NCBI GenBank assembly: GCA_046861655.1
Contig: JBHIAI010000013.1
Span: forward strand, 1-25,264
Direction: 5' to 3'
Length of the DNA stretch: 25,264 nt
DNA from: Fidelibacterota bacterium
GTDB lineage: Bacteria; Fidelibacterota; Marinisomatia; Marinisomatales; S15-B10
This document shows positions 5,997-15,139 of the stretch, one piece after another (the stretch's first letter is position 1; each line of letters starts with the position of its first letter). The notes beneath the pieces were generated by a model. It ran no database searches. It was not told the origin of the DNA and was given only the letters and a program-made list of their open reading frames with translations. The position numbers were made by a program, and so were the translations under genes.

Positions 5997-6839
5997 TCAA
6001 AAAACCTGGGAAAAAGGAGACAAAAAGGCTCCTGTGGCCAGTGTACCGAATACGAGAGCGTGGGCCAATTCCGTAAACCCAAAACGTGTTACGTGTAAAG
6101 AATCCTTGTCCTGCCACCGGAAAACACCGGTGAATACCTTTAGCACGAAAGGTCCGTACGCTGCGACAAACAGCCAGGAGGTCCCCTGGACCAGGGTGAT
6201 TCCCGACACAACGGCCAGGACGACAAGACTGTGAACGAGGGAAGGAAGACCGGGCCGGAATCTCCCCAGAACCGGGGGTCTGGTGGTGGAAGGCTGAACC
6301 CTGAGCTTCAGCTTTACGTAGTGTACACTTCCCGCAAAGTAAAGAAAATTGATGAGCCAAAGAAACCATCCCAGAGGATCCAGCGTCCCCTGAACGAAGA
6401 CGTAAGTCAACGGACCGGCGGCGGTCAACCCGAACACACCCATCATCTCTCCCCGTGTGGACATATGTCTGCGGTGCAAGGTCATCCTTAGGTGCAGCCC
6501 GAAGGTTGCCCCCACCAGGATTCCCAGGAGAAATCCAATCCAGACGTGGTGAATGGCCAAGAGTATGACCACGGTTCCCGCCCCTGAGCCTCCCAGGATC
6601 AGGGTCCAGACCAGGGAAGAGGGATCCACGCTCCTCCTGGACCCCCAGGCCCGCACTACCTGTCCGGCGGGACGGTGGGACAGAAACACCAGGACATAGG
6701 CCCCTGCGAGGACAGGCGATGACCAGTTCCACGGCCGGGCCACCGCAAGAGCCATGAAGGTGGGTATCAGGAACATGGCCCAGGCGCCGTGCTGCCTGGG
6801 AACAGGAAAGGGCCCTAACCGGTATGCTATCGTTCCCAC
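5997..6839 (-). CDS. YwiC-like family membrane protein
   Basis: N-terminal PRQHGAWAMFLIP signature, multiple TM helices, LYFAGSVHYVK and FGFTEL motifs; GTG start overlaps the end of pduO. Confidence 0.82.
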   Translation of the reverse strand: MGTIAYRLGPFPVPRQHGAWAMFLIPTFMALAVARPWNWSSPVLAGAYVLVFLSHRPAGQVVRAWGSRRSVDPSSLVWTLILGGSGAGTVVILLAIHHVWIGFLLGILVGATFGLHLRMTLHRRHMSTRGEMMGVFGLTAAGPLTYVFVQGTLDPLGWFLWLINFLYFAGSVHYVKLKLRVQPSTTRPPVLGRFRPGLPSLVHSLVVLAVVSGITLVQGTSWLFVAAYGPFVLKVFTGVFRWQDKDSLHVTRFGFTELAHALVFGTLATGAFLSPFSQVF

Positions 6840-7366
6840 ATTCTTTCCTCACCGCCATCTTTCATGTTCTGGTACCTGGCGGCGACGAAAAGAAAGTCGG
6901 ACAATCGATTCACGTAGGAGAGGGTGACCTCGCTGATGGGCTCAGACTTGTTCAGAGTTACAAGATTCCGCTCCGCCCTCCGGCAGACGGATCTTGCGTG
7001 GTGAAGTTGGGCCGACACGGGGGATCCTCCCGGCAGAACAAATTCCTTCAAGGGGGGCAAAGATTCGTTCCAGCCGTCCAGGGTCCTTTCCAGCCAGTCC
7101 ACGTCATCTTGGGATATCAGATGCATTTTCCGGTCCTTCACCGCCAGCTCTCCTCCCAGATTGAACAGGGTGTTTTGAACTCGCCGAAGGGGTTCGGTCA
7201 GATCTCCTGCAGCGCTGTGGGCCAGGGCAACCCCGATGGAGGAACTGATCTCATCCAGGGAACCAAGCACCCGGATCCGCGGCGAGTCTTTGTCTACCCG
7301 TTCCCCCCTGGCCAGAGAGGTCGTACCATCATCGCCGGTCCGGGTGTATACTTTGGTGATTCTCAC
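6827..7366 (-). CDS. pduO: PduO-type ATP:cob(I)alamin adenosyltransferase (179 aa)
   Basis: True start GTG 7366 (GTGA overlap with nuoN stop; GGAGG SD): VRITKVYTRTGDDGTTSL...RVDKDSPRI...GSLDE...QNTLFNLGGELA...FVLPGG...ARSVCRRAER...YVNRLSDFLFVAARY. Confidence 0.95.
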   Translation of the reverse strand: MRITKVYTRTGDDGTTSLARGERVDKDSPRIRVLGSLDEISSSIGVALAHSAAGDLTEPLRRVQNTLFNLGGELAVKDRKMHLISQDDVDWLERTLDGWNESLPPLKEFVLPGGSPVSAQLHHARSVCRRAERNLVTLNKSEPISEVTLSYVNRLSDFLFVAARYQNMKDGGEERMWER

Positions 7367-8817
7367 AGAAAAACCTCCGCTGCTTTCATGGCTCCGGTCA
7401 GCAGCAAGCTGGGGTTCACGCCTAATCCGATGACAACCGCTGCCAGAACCGCCAGAAGGAAGGCCGTCTTGCGCAGGACGAATGTGGGCAAGGCAACCTC
7501 CTCTTCCTCCATATACATCTGAACGATGATGCGCACGTAATAGTATACGGAAATCAGGGTTGTTAGGACAGCAATGACCGTAAGCCAGATGTACCCCTGG
7601 TGTACCGCGGCTGAGAAAACCGCATACTTGGCCACAAACCCTGCCGTGGGGGGAAATCCCGCCAGTGAAATCATGAACAGGGCAAGACACGCGGCCAGCC
7701 ACGGATGCCGGGAAGCCAGTCCCCTGTAGTCGTTCAAGTTCACCCCCCTTTCCCCCTTCTCTACCAGGGAAATCCCGGCGAAGGCACCGAAATTCATGGC
7801 ACAATAGACAGCCAGATAGAAAAGAACTCCGGATACTCCCCCTTCGTCCAGGACCACCACGCCCATAAGAAGATATCCGGCATGGGCCACACTGGAAAAG
7901 GCCAGCATACGCTTCACGTTGGATTGCAAAAGGGCGCTCACGTTCCCCACGACCATGGTGAGAGCAGCGAGGACCCAGAGCAGATCCTGCCAGGCACCCA
8001 CCCGGTCCGGGAAGGCTACCAGCAAGACCTTTATGAGAGTCCCGAAACCCGCTGCCTTGGGGGCGGTAGCCAGAAAGGCCGTTACAGTCGTCGGTGCCCC
8101 CTGGTACACATCCGGAGACCACATGTGAAAGGGCACCAGGGCAACCTTGAAGGCAAACCCGATGAGCACAAGCCCTATCCCCAGTGACAGAATCGTTCCC
8201 GACAGAATCTTTCCTGCAGAAAGAGCCGCCGCGATCTGGTCAAAGTTTGTGCTGCCTGTGGCTCCAAAGACCAGGGCGGCTCCGAATACAAAGAACCCGG
8301 TAGTGAAGGCTCCCAGAAGAAGATACTTAACGCCCCCTTCGTTGCTCGCAGCATCATGACGAAGGAATCCGATGAGGACGTACAGGGACAAGGACAGCAG
8401 TTCCAGGCCCAGAAAGACCATGACCAGGTCGTTGGCCCGGGTCATGAACATCATGCCCATGGTGGCAAACAGGGTGAGGGCGTAGTACTCACCCCTCAGT
8501 TCCCCCTCTTTTCGTTCCAGATACCTCTGGGCCACGAGCAGGGCGGCCGTCCCTACCCCAAGATAGAGCAGGTCGAAGAAGGCCGTATAGCTGCTCAACG
8601 AGAGCATCCCGCTGAAGAGAACCTGCTCCTGACCGAAGGTCCTGACCACGAAGTATGCGGCCCCTGCGTATCCGGCCAGACCCACAGGCAGCATGATCCG
8701 CCTCAAGGATCTTGACACCATCTCCAGGGTCAGAATGGCGAGGCAGGTCGCCAGAAGAACGATCTCTGGAAGAATCCCCCTGAAATCCGACGCCCCCGGG
8801 ATAAAGATAACGTCCAT
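7363..8817 (-). CDS. nuoN: NADH-quinone oxidoreductase subunit N (second operon)
   Basis: LGLELLSLSLYVL, EGGVKYLLLGA, FKVALVPFHMWSPDVYQGAPT, QSNVKRMLAFSSVAHAGY, SLAGFPPTAGFVAK. Confidence 0.96.
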   Translation of the reverse strand: MDVIFIPGASDFRGILPEIVLLATCLAILTLEMVSRSLRRIMLPVGLAGYAGAAYFVVRTFGQEQVLFSGMLSLSSYTAFFDLLYLGVGTAALLVAQRYLERKEGELRGEYYALTLFATMGMMFMTRANDLVMVFLGLELLSLSLYVLIGFLRHDAASNEGGVKYLLLGAFTTGFFVFGAALVFGATGSTNFDQIAAALSAGKILSGTILSLGIGLVLIGFAFKVALVPFHMWSPDVYQGAPTTVTAFLATAPKAAGFGTLIKVLLVAFPDRVGAWQDLLWVLAALTMVVGNVSALLQSNVKRMLAFSSVAHAGYLLMGVVVLDEGGVSGVLFYLAVYCAMNFGAFAGISLVEKGERGVNLNDYRGLASRHPWLAACLALFMISLAGFPPTAGFVAKYAVFSAAVHQGYIWLTVIAVLTTLISVYYYVRIIVQMYMEEEEVALPTFVLRKTAFLLAVLAAVVIGLGVNPSLLLTGAMKAAEVFL

Positions 8818-8839
8818 CTTATCTCAATTGAACCTGGAC

Positions 8840-8941
8840 AATGAAGAATACAGAATGGAGAGTGCAAAATGGAAGATGCAGAATGCAACGTGCAAAACTG
8901 TCCCCAGTTCTCCAGTACTCCATTACTCCATCTCTCCATTT
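8840..8941. repeat. Adjacent degenerate tandem arrays: 8 x 7-mer (AATGCAR-like) and 5 x 8-mer (CTCCAKTW-like)
   Basis: 8840-8895: AATGAAG AATACAG AATGGAG AGTGCAA AATGGAA GATGCAG AATGCAA CGTGCAA; 8902-8941: CCCCAGTT CTCCAGTA CTCCATTA CTCCATCT CTCCATTT. Confidence 0.85.
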
Positions 8942-8948
8942 TCCCCCG

Positions 8949-10322
8949 TCACAAGAAAAACACCCATGTGACCAGCACAAAAATGGGAATCAAAATGGGC
9001 AGAGAGTATTTCACCATGTACCCGAAGAAACTGGGCATGGGGATGTCCATTTCCCGGGCGATGGATCTCACCATAAAGTTTGGGGCGTTTCCCACATACG
9101 TATTCGCTCCCATGAATACGGCCCCGGCGGAAATGGCCAACAGAGTTCCCGCCAGGTCGGTCATGAGAAGGTTGGGGTCTCCCCCTGCCGTGTTGAAAAA
9201 CACCAGGTAAGTGGGAGCGTTGTCAAGAAAGCTCGATAGAGCGCCCGTGGTCCAGAAATAGGTGGCATTTACGGGGTTTCCCTCGGGTGTGGACACCGCC
9301 CCGATGATGGCCCTGAGGGCACCGTGCTCTCCAGCCCTCAGGATGGCGATCGCTGGAATGATGGTGACGAAAATGCCGGCGAAGAGTTTTGCCACCTCCA
9401 CGATGGGAAACCAGCTGAACTCGTTTCTTTCCCGAATCTCCCGGGCCGTCACCTTCCAGCTCACGTAGGCAAAAAACAGAAGGAGCACATCCCTCATCAA
9501 GTCCTGCAGATGGATCTCCACGTGGTAAACTTCGAAGGAAACCGGGGAATGCCACAATCCGCTCAACAACACAGAACCGATGGCACCCAGCAGGATCAAC
9601 AGGTTTATGCCTCCCTCCATCCCTAGTTTCTCGGGGTTATCCCCGTTCTCCCCGGGGTCGGGCCTGTTCGTTTCCCGTCTGTAATAGTAGGTGTCGACAG
9701 CATAGAATACCACCCAGAGAATACCGATCACCAGGAGCATAGGTTCAAGCATGGCCCTGGTGGTCCAGAAAAAATCGATCCCGTTCAGAAACCCCAGGAA
9801 AAGGGGGGGATCGCCCAGGGGGGTCAGGGAACCGCCGATATTGGCAACCAGAAAGATGAAGAAAATCACAACATGAACATTCTTCTCCCGCCACCGGTTG
9901 GCACGGATGATGGGGCGTACAAGAAGCATGGCGGCGCCCGTGGTCCCCATCCAGCTGGCCAGAACCGTTCCCACCACCAGGATGGCAAGATTCAGAGGAG
10001 GAGTCCCCGTCAAGGATCCGGTGATTCTCACTCCTCCCGCGATCGTGAACAGGGCCAGAAGCAGGATGATGAAGGGGACGTACTCAAGGAGCCCCACGTC
10101 AACCAGTTCAAAAACCACCACATCCAAACCGTACTTGAGGCTCATGGGAACAATCAACACCGCTGCCCAAAAGGCCGCTACTTTGCCGTAGTGGCGATGC
10201 CAGAACCGGGGAGCCAGCAGGGGCAAGACGGCGATGGAAAGAAGTATGCAGAGAAAGGGAATCACCCAGGGAAGCCCCAGCACTGAACCGTCCATGTGAG
10301 GGATATCCACAGGATGCTCCAT
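8949..10322 (-). CDS. IT-superfamily (ArsB/NhaD-like, CitMHS_2-type) putative Na+/H+ antiporter or anion transporter
   Basis: Many TM helices; ASWMGTTGAAMLL, ANIGGSLTPLGDPPLFLGF, LSSFLDNAPTY, GAVFMGANTYVGNAPNFMV motifs; ATG directly follows the nuoM TGA. Confidence 0.85.
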   Translation of the reverse strand: MEHPVDIPHMDGSVLGLPWVIPFLCILLSIAVLPLLAPRFWHRHYGKVAAFWAAVLIVPMSLKYGLDVVVFELVDVGLLEYVPFIILLLALFTIAGGVRITGSLTGTPPLNLAILVVGTVLASWMGTTGAAMLLVRPIIRANRWREKNVHVVIFFIFLVANIGGSLTPLGDPPLFLGFLNGIDFFWTTRAMLEPMLLVIGILWVVFYAVDTYYYRRETNRPDPGENGDNPEKLGMEGGINLLILLGAIGSVLLSGLWHSPVSFEVYHVEIHLQDLMRDVLLLFFAYVSWKVTAREIRERNEFSWFPIVEVAKLFAGIFVTIIPAIAILRAGEHGALRAIIGAVSTPEGNPVNATYFWTTGALSSFLDNAPTYLVFFNTAGGDPNLLMTDLAGTLLAISAGAVFMGANTYVGNAPNFMVRSIAREMDIPMPSFFGYMVKYSLPILIPIFVLVTWVFFL

Positions 10323-11870
10323 TCAATCGCCTCCCGGGACCGTCATCGTCCACACCGGATCATTCTCACCGGACCGGTCTACCGCCATCTCGACCTGACG
10401 GACCAGCCTGTCCACTGACGGTTCAATCTTCTCCAGAAAGGGCTTGGGATAAACACCGAGCCACACGATGGCCAGAACAAGGGGAATCACCGCCGCCCAT
10501 TCCCTGGGGACCAGGTCCACCAGTTTGGCATTCTCCTCCCGGGTGACGGGTCCAAAAAACACCCGTTCCACAAGCCAAAGAAGGTAAACAGCGGCCAGGA
10601 CCACCCCCAGGGTGGCCAGGACCACCGCCACCGGATGAACGGGAAAGGACCCCAGAAGAATGAGGAATTCTCCCACGAAGCCGTTCAGGCCCGGCAGTCC
10701 AAGGGAAGCCAGGGCCACCACGATAAAGAGGGCGCTGTAGGCAGGGATCACCTTTGCAAGGCCCCCGAAATCCTGGATCATCCGCGTGTGGCGTCGGTCA
10801 TACAGCATGCCAACAAGGAGAAACAGGGCACCGGTAGAGAGACCGTGGTTAACCATCTGAATGATGCCCCCGGAAATGCTCTTGGAGGTGAGGGAAAAGA
10901 TGCCCAGGACCACGAATCCCAGGTGACTCACGCTTGAGAAGGCCACCAAACGTTTTATGTCGGGTTGGATCATGGCCATGAGAGCACCGTAGATAATCCC
11001 AAACACAGAAAGAAAGATGATCACCGGTACCAGAGGGGGAATGGCAAGAGGAAAGAGGGGAACGCAGAACCTGACCAGACCGTACGCCCCCATTTTCAAC
11101 AGGATCCCTGCCAGGATGATGGATCCCGCGGTGGGAGCATCGGAATGGGCATCGGGAAGCCAGGTGTGAAAGGGGAACAACGGCACCTTGATGGCAAAAC
11201 TGAGGGCAAAAGCCAGAAAAAGCAGGGTCTGGACCTTGCGGGAGATCACAAGATCTTGAAGGGTCTCATAATCCAGGGTGGGAGAGCCAAACTGAGAGGT
11301 GGTGAGTGTATAGAGGTAGATGATCCCCACAAGCATCAGGAGGGACCCCAGCATGGTAAACAGGATGAACTTGACGGCTGAATATATCCTCCTGTCCGTT
11401 CCCCACACTCCGATGATAAGGGTCATGGGAATGAGCACGGCTTCCCAGAAGATGTAAAACAGGAATAGATTGATGGAGGAGAACACCCCAACCAGGGCCC
11501 CTTCCGTGATGAGAAGGGAAACCATGAATCCCTTAACTCCCCTGGTGATGCAATCCCATGAACACAGGACCGTAACCGGACCGAGGAACGTCGTGAGAAG
11601 GATGAGAAGCAAACTGATGCCGTCGACCCCCACCGAATAGTTGATCGCCCATTCCGGAATCCATGGAACCTGCTGGACAAACTGAAAGTCGCTGGTCGAT
11701 TCAAACCGGACGGTCATGATGACACAAAGGCCGAGTTCAAGAACGGTAATGGCAACCGCAATCCACTTCGCCACGCTCCCGTGGCGGGAAGGGACGGCTG
11801 CGCACAACAGGGCCCCCGCCACAGGCAGGAGGATAAGCACCGTCAGACTGTGGTCGATTACCCAGGTCAT
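10323..11870 (-). CDS. nuoM: NADH-quinone oxidoreductase subunit M (second operon)
   Basis: GVDGISL, FYIFWEAVLIP, KVPLFPFHTWLPDAHSDAPTAGS, LLKMGAYG, QMVNHGL, LGLPGLNGFVGEF. Confidence 0.97.
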   Translation of the reverse strand: MTWVIDHSLTVLILLPVAGALLCAAVPSRHGSVAKWIAVAITVLELGLCVIMTVRFESTSDFQFVQQVPWIPEWAINYSVGVDGISLLLILLTTFLGPVTVLCSWDCITRGVKGFMVSLLITEGALVGVFSSINLFLFYIFWEAVLIPMTLIIGVWGTDRRIYSAVKFILFTMLGSLLMLVGIIYLYTLTTSQFGSPTLDYETLQDLVISRKVQTLLFLAFALSFAIKVPLFPFHTWLPDAHSDAPTAGSIILAGILLKMGAYGLVRFCVPLFPLAIPPLVPVIIFLSVFGIIYGALMAMIQPDIKRLVAFSSVSHLGFVVLGIFSLTSKSISGGIIQMVNHGLSTGALFLLVGMLYDRRHTRMIQDFGGLAKVIPAYSALFIVVALASLGLPGLNGFVGEFLILLGSFPVHPVAVVLATLGVVLAAVYLLWLVERVFFGPVTREENAKLVDLVPREWAAVIPLVLAIVWLGVYPKPFLEKIEPSVDRLVRQVEMAVDRSGENDPVWTMTVPGGD

Positions 11871-13774
11871 CTCAGGAAAAGATAGAAGATCATCAGAACC
11901 ACCCCTGCCAGAAAAACGACCGCATAGGTTTGAACGACTCCGGTTTGCACCCGCCGGAGTCTTCCTGACAGCGCTCCCATGAATTTCCCTGAACCGTTCA
12001 CCAGTCCGTCAACGACCCGAATATCAAACGCCCTCCACACCCATTCGCTGGATCTTCGCACAGGTTGCACAAACAGGACGTCGTAAATCTCGTCCACGTA
12101 GTATTTCCTGGACACCAGGGTATGGAGCACCGTGAACCTGCCGGCGACTTTTCCAGGAAGGTCGGGACGTCTCTGGTAAAGAAAAAAGGCCAGTCCGATG
12201 CCTGCCGCAGCCGCCACGATAGAGAACATCATCACCATCCATTGGGGAGTCAGGGTCTCCCTTCCCAGGGCGATGACCAGCCCGGCTCCATCGGGGGCCG
12301 AATGGTGAACGAACTCACGAAACGGGTTGCCCAACCCCAGGAATTCAGGGAGGCCCACGTACCCCCCGAATACCGCCAGAAGGGCAAGAGTGATCAGAGG
12401 GGCGGTCATGACCGGACGGGCGTCGCGGGGCGCAGTCTCCCGGTCCCAGCGGGCCTGACCATGGAAGGTCAGGAACAACAAACGGAACATGTACAGGGCG
12501 GTAAGGACAGCTGTTGCCAATCCCAGGAGGTACAGGAATCTCCCGGTCCCTTGCCAGGCGTAGAGACTCCACAGGATTTCATCCTTTGAGAAGAATCCGG
12601 ACAGGAGTGGAACACCGGAAATGGCCCCTACACCTGCCAGCATGGACAGGTATGTTCGGGGCATGGAAGACTTGAGGTCGCCCATTTTCCTCATGTCCTG
12701 GTGTCCTCCCAGGGCATGAATGACCGAGCCTGCCCCGAGAAACAAGGTGGCCTTGAAGAAGGCGTGGGTCACCAGGTGAAACAGTCCCGCCGCGTAGGCT
12801 CCCATCCCCACGGCGGTGATCATGGTTCCTAACTGGCTTATGGTGGAATAAGCCAGCACTTTCTTGATATCATTTTCCGTCACTGCCATAGTAGCCGCGA
12901 GAAAGGCCGTGACCGTCCCCACGATGGTGATCACCGCGACGGTGACGGCCGAAGCGGAAAAAAGAACACCCAGCCGTGCGATCAGATAGACACCGCCCGT
13001 CACCATGGTGGCGGCATGGATCAGGGCACTCACGGGCGTGGGACCGGCCATGGCGTCGGGGAGCCAGACATACAGGGGGATCTGGGCCGATTTTCCTACC
13101 GCACCCAGGAACAGCAAAAGGCCCATGGCAGTGACGATCTGGGGTCGCAGCAGGGCGATCCTTTCCGGGACGAGGATTTCTGAGAATTCAAGGGATCCAA
13201 ACCGGGAGAATATGAGAAACATGGCCAGAAGGAATCCCGCGTCCCCCACGCGGTTTACGATGAACGCTTTCTTTCCCGCCGCTGCCTTTTCCCGGTCCTC
13301 GAACCAGTGACCGATCAGCAGGTATGAGCAGAGGCCGACCCCTTCCCATCCTACGAACAGGAGGACCAGATTGTCTGCCATCACCAGGGTCAGCATCATG
13401 AAAGTGAACAGGTTCAGAAACGCGAAATACCGCTGAAAGCCCCGGTCCCCTTTCATGTAGCCCATAGAGTAGACATGAATCAGGCATCCCACCCCCGTCA
13501 CCACCAGGACCATGATCAGCGAAACCGAATCGAGAAGGTAGGAGACGGAGATCTGGAGGTCTCCTACCCACAGCCAGGTGAAAAGCGATTGACGAAGAGG
13601 TTCGTGGGTGTTCAGGACGCTTCCGAATAGAATCGTTCCCAGCACAAAGCTCAACCCCACGGAAACGGACCCAATCAAGCCCGAGGCTTTCTCGCTCAAT
13701 CTCTTTCCCAAGAGTCCATTGAGCAGAAAGCCCGCCAGGGGAAATCCCGGGATCAGCCAGATCACAGAATCCAT
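11867..13774 (-). CDS. nuoL: NADH-quinone oxidoreductase subunit L
   Basis: GWEGVGLCSYLLIG, KAFIVNRVGD, GKSAQIPLYVWLPDAMAGPTPVSALIHAATMV, HAFFKA, KYYVDEIY. Confidence 0.97.
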   Translation of the reverse strand: MDSVIWLIPGFPLAGFLLNGLLGKRLSEKASGLIGSVSVGLSFVLGTILFGSVLNTHEPLRQSLFTWLWVGDLQISVSYLLDSVSLIMVLVVTGVGCLIHVYSMGYMKGDRGFQRYFAFLNLFTFMMLTLVMADNLVLLFVGWEGVGLCSYLLIGHWFEDREKAAAGKKAFIVNRVGDAGFLLAMFLIFSRFGSLEFSEILVPERIALLRPQIVTAMGLLLFLGAVGKSAQIPLYVWLPDAMAGPTPVSALIHAATMVTGGVYLIARLGVLFSASAVTVAVITIVGTVTAFLAATMAVTENDIKKVLAYSTISQLGTMITAVGMGAYAAGLFHLVTHAFFKATLFLGAGSVIHALGGHQDMRKMGDLKSSMPRTYLSMLAGVGAISGVPLLSGFFSKDEILWSLYAWQGTGRFLYLLGLATAVLTALYMFRLLFLTFHGQARWDRETAPRDARPVMTAPLITLALLAVFGGYVGLPEFLGLGNPFREFVHHSAPDGAGLVIALGRETLTPQWMVMMFSIVAAAAGIGLAFFLYQRRPDLPGKVAGRFTVLHTLVSRKYYVDEIYDVLFVQPVRRSSEWVWRAFDIRVVDGLVNGSGKFMGALSGRLRRVQTGVVQTYAVVFLAGVVLMIFYLFLR

Positions 13775-13775
13775 G

Positions 13776-14081
13776 TCAATCCTTCAACAGGCTAATTTCA
13801 TCTATGGTGATGGTGCGCCGGTTGCGGAACAGGGCCACGATGATACCGAGACCTACCGCTACCTCGGCAGCCGCCAGAGTCATCACGAGAAACACGAACA
13901 CCTGGCCGCTGACGCTGTCGTAATACCGGGAGAAGGCCACCAGGGCCAGGTTGGCGGCATTGAGCATCAGTTCGATGGACATGAAGATGACAATAGCGTT
14001 CCTGCGAAACAGCACTCCCAGGACGCCGATGGAAAACAGCAAACCGCTCAAGGCGATGACCTGTTCCAGAGGGACGGTCAT
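13776..14081 (-). CDS. nuoK: NADH-quinone oxidoreductase subunit K
   Basis: [33 protein letters not shown]. Confidence 0.97.
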   Translation of the reverse strand: MTVPLEQVIALSGLLFSIGVLGVLFRRNAIVIFMSIELMLNAANLALVAFSRYYDSVSGQVFVFLVMTLAAAEVAVGLGIIVALFRNRRTITIDEISLLKD

Positions 14082-14581
14082 GAAACCTTCCTTTTTGCCA
14101 GATACACGGTTCCGATGAGAGCCACCAAAAGAAGCAGGGAAGCGACTTCAAACGGGAAGAGGTAGGTGGAAAACAGGACTTCCCCCACCGCGGTCACACT
14201 TCCGGACGTGATGGATTCCCCGGGGGAATGAGGGATATCCATCCCCTGGATGAGGAATATGGTAACGCCGGAAAAGAAAAGGAGAATAAGAAAAAGAGAA
14301 AAGACCCTTTGAACGGTGATCAGCTTTGGAACGGCTTCCTCCCTGCCCACATTGAGCAACATGATAACGAACAGGAAAAGGACCATGATGGCCCCGGCGT
14401 AGATGAGGATTTCCAGTACGGCCAGGAAATAGGCCTCCAGAAGTAGGTACAGAACGGAAAGGGAGAAAAAGGTACCCACCAGAAAGATAGCGCTGTGGAC
14501 GGGATTCTTGTTGAGAACGACCAGGAGTGCGCACACAAGGGTGACAACCGAGGCGATGTTGAACAGAAGGTCAGGCGACAT
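14078..14581 (-). CDS. nuoJ: NADH-quinone oxidoreductase subunit J
   Basis: [43 protein letters not shown]. Confidence 0.96.
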   Translation of the reverse strand: MSPDLLFNIASVVTLVCALLVVLNKNPVHSAIFLVGTFFSLSVLYLLLEAYFLAVLEILIYAGAIMVLFLFVIMLLNVGREEAVPKLITVQRVFSLFLILLFFSGVTIFLIQGMDIPHSPGESITSGSVTAVGEVLFSTYLFPFEVASLLLLVALIGTVYLAKRKVS

Positions 14582-14604
14582 ACGCGATCCAGGCGTGGGA
14601 TATC

Positions 14605-15135
14605 TTAATCGTTTTCAGAGACTCCCTCCGGCACCTTCCCCGATGGTGTTTTGTAGTAGTTTTCCCCCTTGGTCAGTTCATAGACCGCCAGCAATCCTTC
14701 CTTGTCAATCCAGAGGCCTTCCCGGGTATGGTGAGAGAAGTCGTAGATTTCGGTCAATTCGATGGCTTCCTCGGGGCAGGCGATTTCACAGAATCCGCAG
14801 AAGATACACCGCAACAGATCAATATCGAAACGAACGGGATACCTCTCCTTTCCCTCCTCCCAGGGAGAGGGACCGGGCACGATATGGATACAGTGGGCCG
14901 GACAAGCGGCCGCGCACATGTCACAGGCCACGCACCGAATGCGCCCGTCCTCATACTTGTTCAGACGATGGAGGCCTCTGTACCCTTCCGGGGGTACGTG
15001 CTTTTCCTCAGGGTATTGGACAGTGACAGATCTTCTGACCAGGTGCTTGAAGGTGACCACGAGGCCTCTGAAAAGGGCGGGCAGGTACAGCTTGTCCCAG
15101 AAGGATGGTTCGTAGGATTTGACGATCGTCCCCAT
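14605..15135 (-). CDS. nuoI: NADH-quinone oxidoreductase subunit I
   Basis: TVQYPEE...YRGLH; CVACDMCAAACP and CIFCGFCEIACP (2x[4Fe-4S]). Confidence 0.96.
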   Translation of the reverse strand: MGTIVKSYEPSFWDKLYLPALFRGLVVTFKHLVRRSVTVQYPEEKHVPPEGYRGLHRLNKYEDGRIRCVACDMCAAACPAHCIHIVPGPSPWEEGKERYPVRFDIDLLRCIFCGFCEIACPEEAIELTEIYDFSHHTREGLWIDKEGLLAVYELTKGENYYKTPSGKVPEGVSEND

Positions 15136-15139
15136 GGTT

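Noticed and set aside
5975..6000. Perfect TTGACA (5980-5975) and an ATCAA half FNR box
   Set aside because: No -10 at 16-18 bp from this TTGACA and no TTGAT partner for the ATCAA.
7367..8122. 431-aa ORF suggesting a long N-terminal fusion to PduO
   Set aside because: The extension is an alternate frame of nuoN; PduO homology begins at GTG 7366, which has its own GGAGG.
8730..8939. 69-aa ORF MERWSNGVLENWG... and a CRISPR interpretation of the repeats
   Set aside because: The peptide is simply the translation of 7/8-mer repeats; the units are too short, lack spacers, and no cas genes are present.
11867..13774. '2M' complex I (extra NuoM in one complex)
   Set aside because: NuoL is ordinary length (635 aa) with no evident lengthened lateral helix, and the extra nuoM comes with its own nuoN upstream of nuoA. 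A 2M state of the upstream operon cannot be judged from this window.
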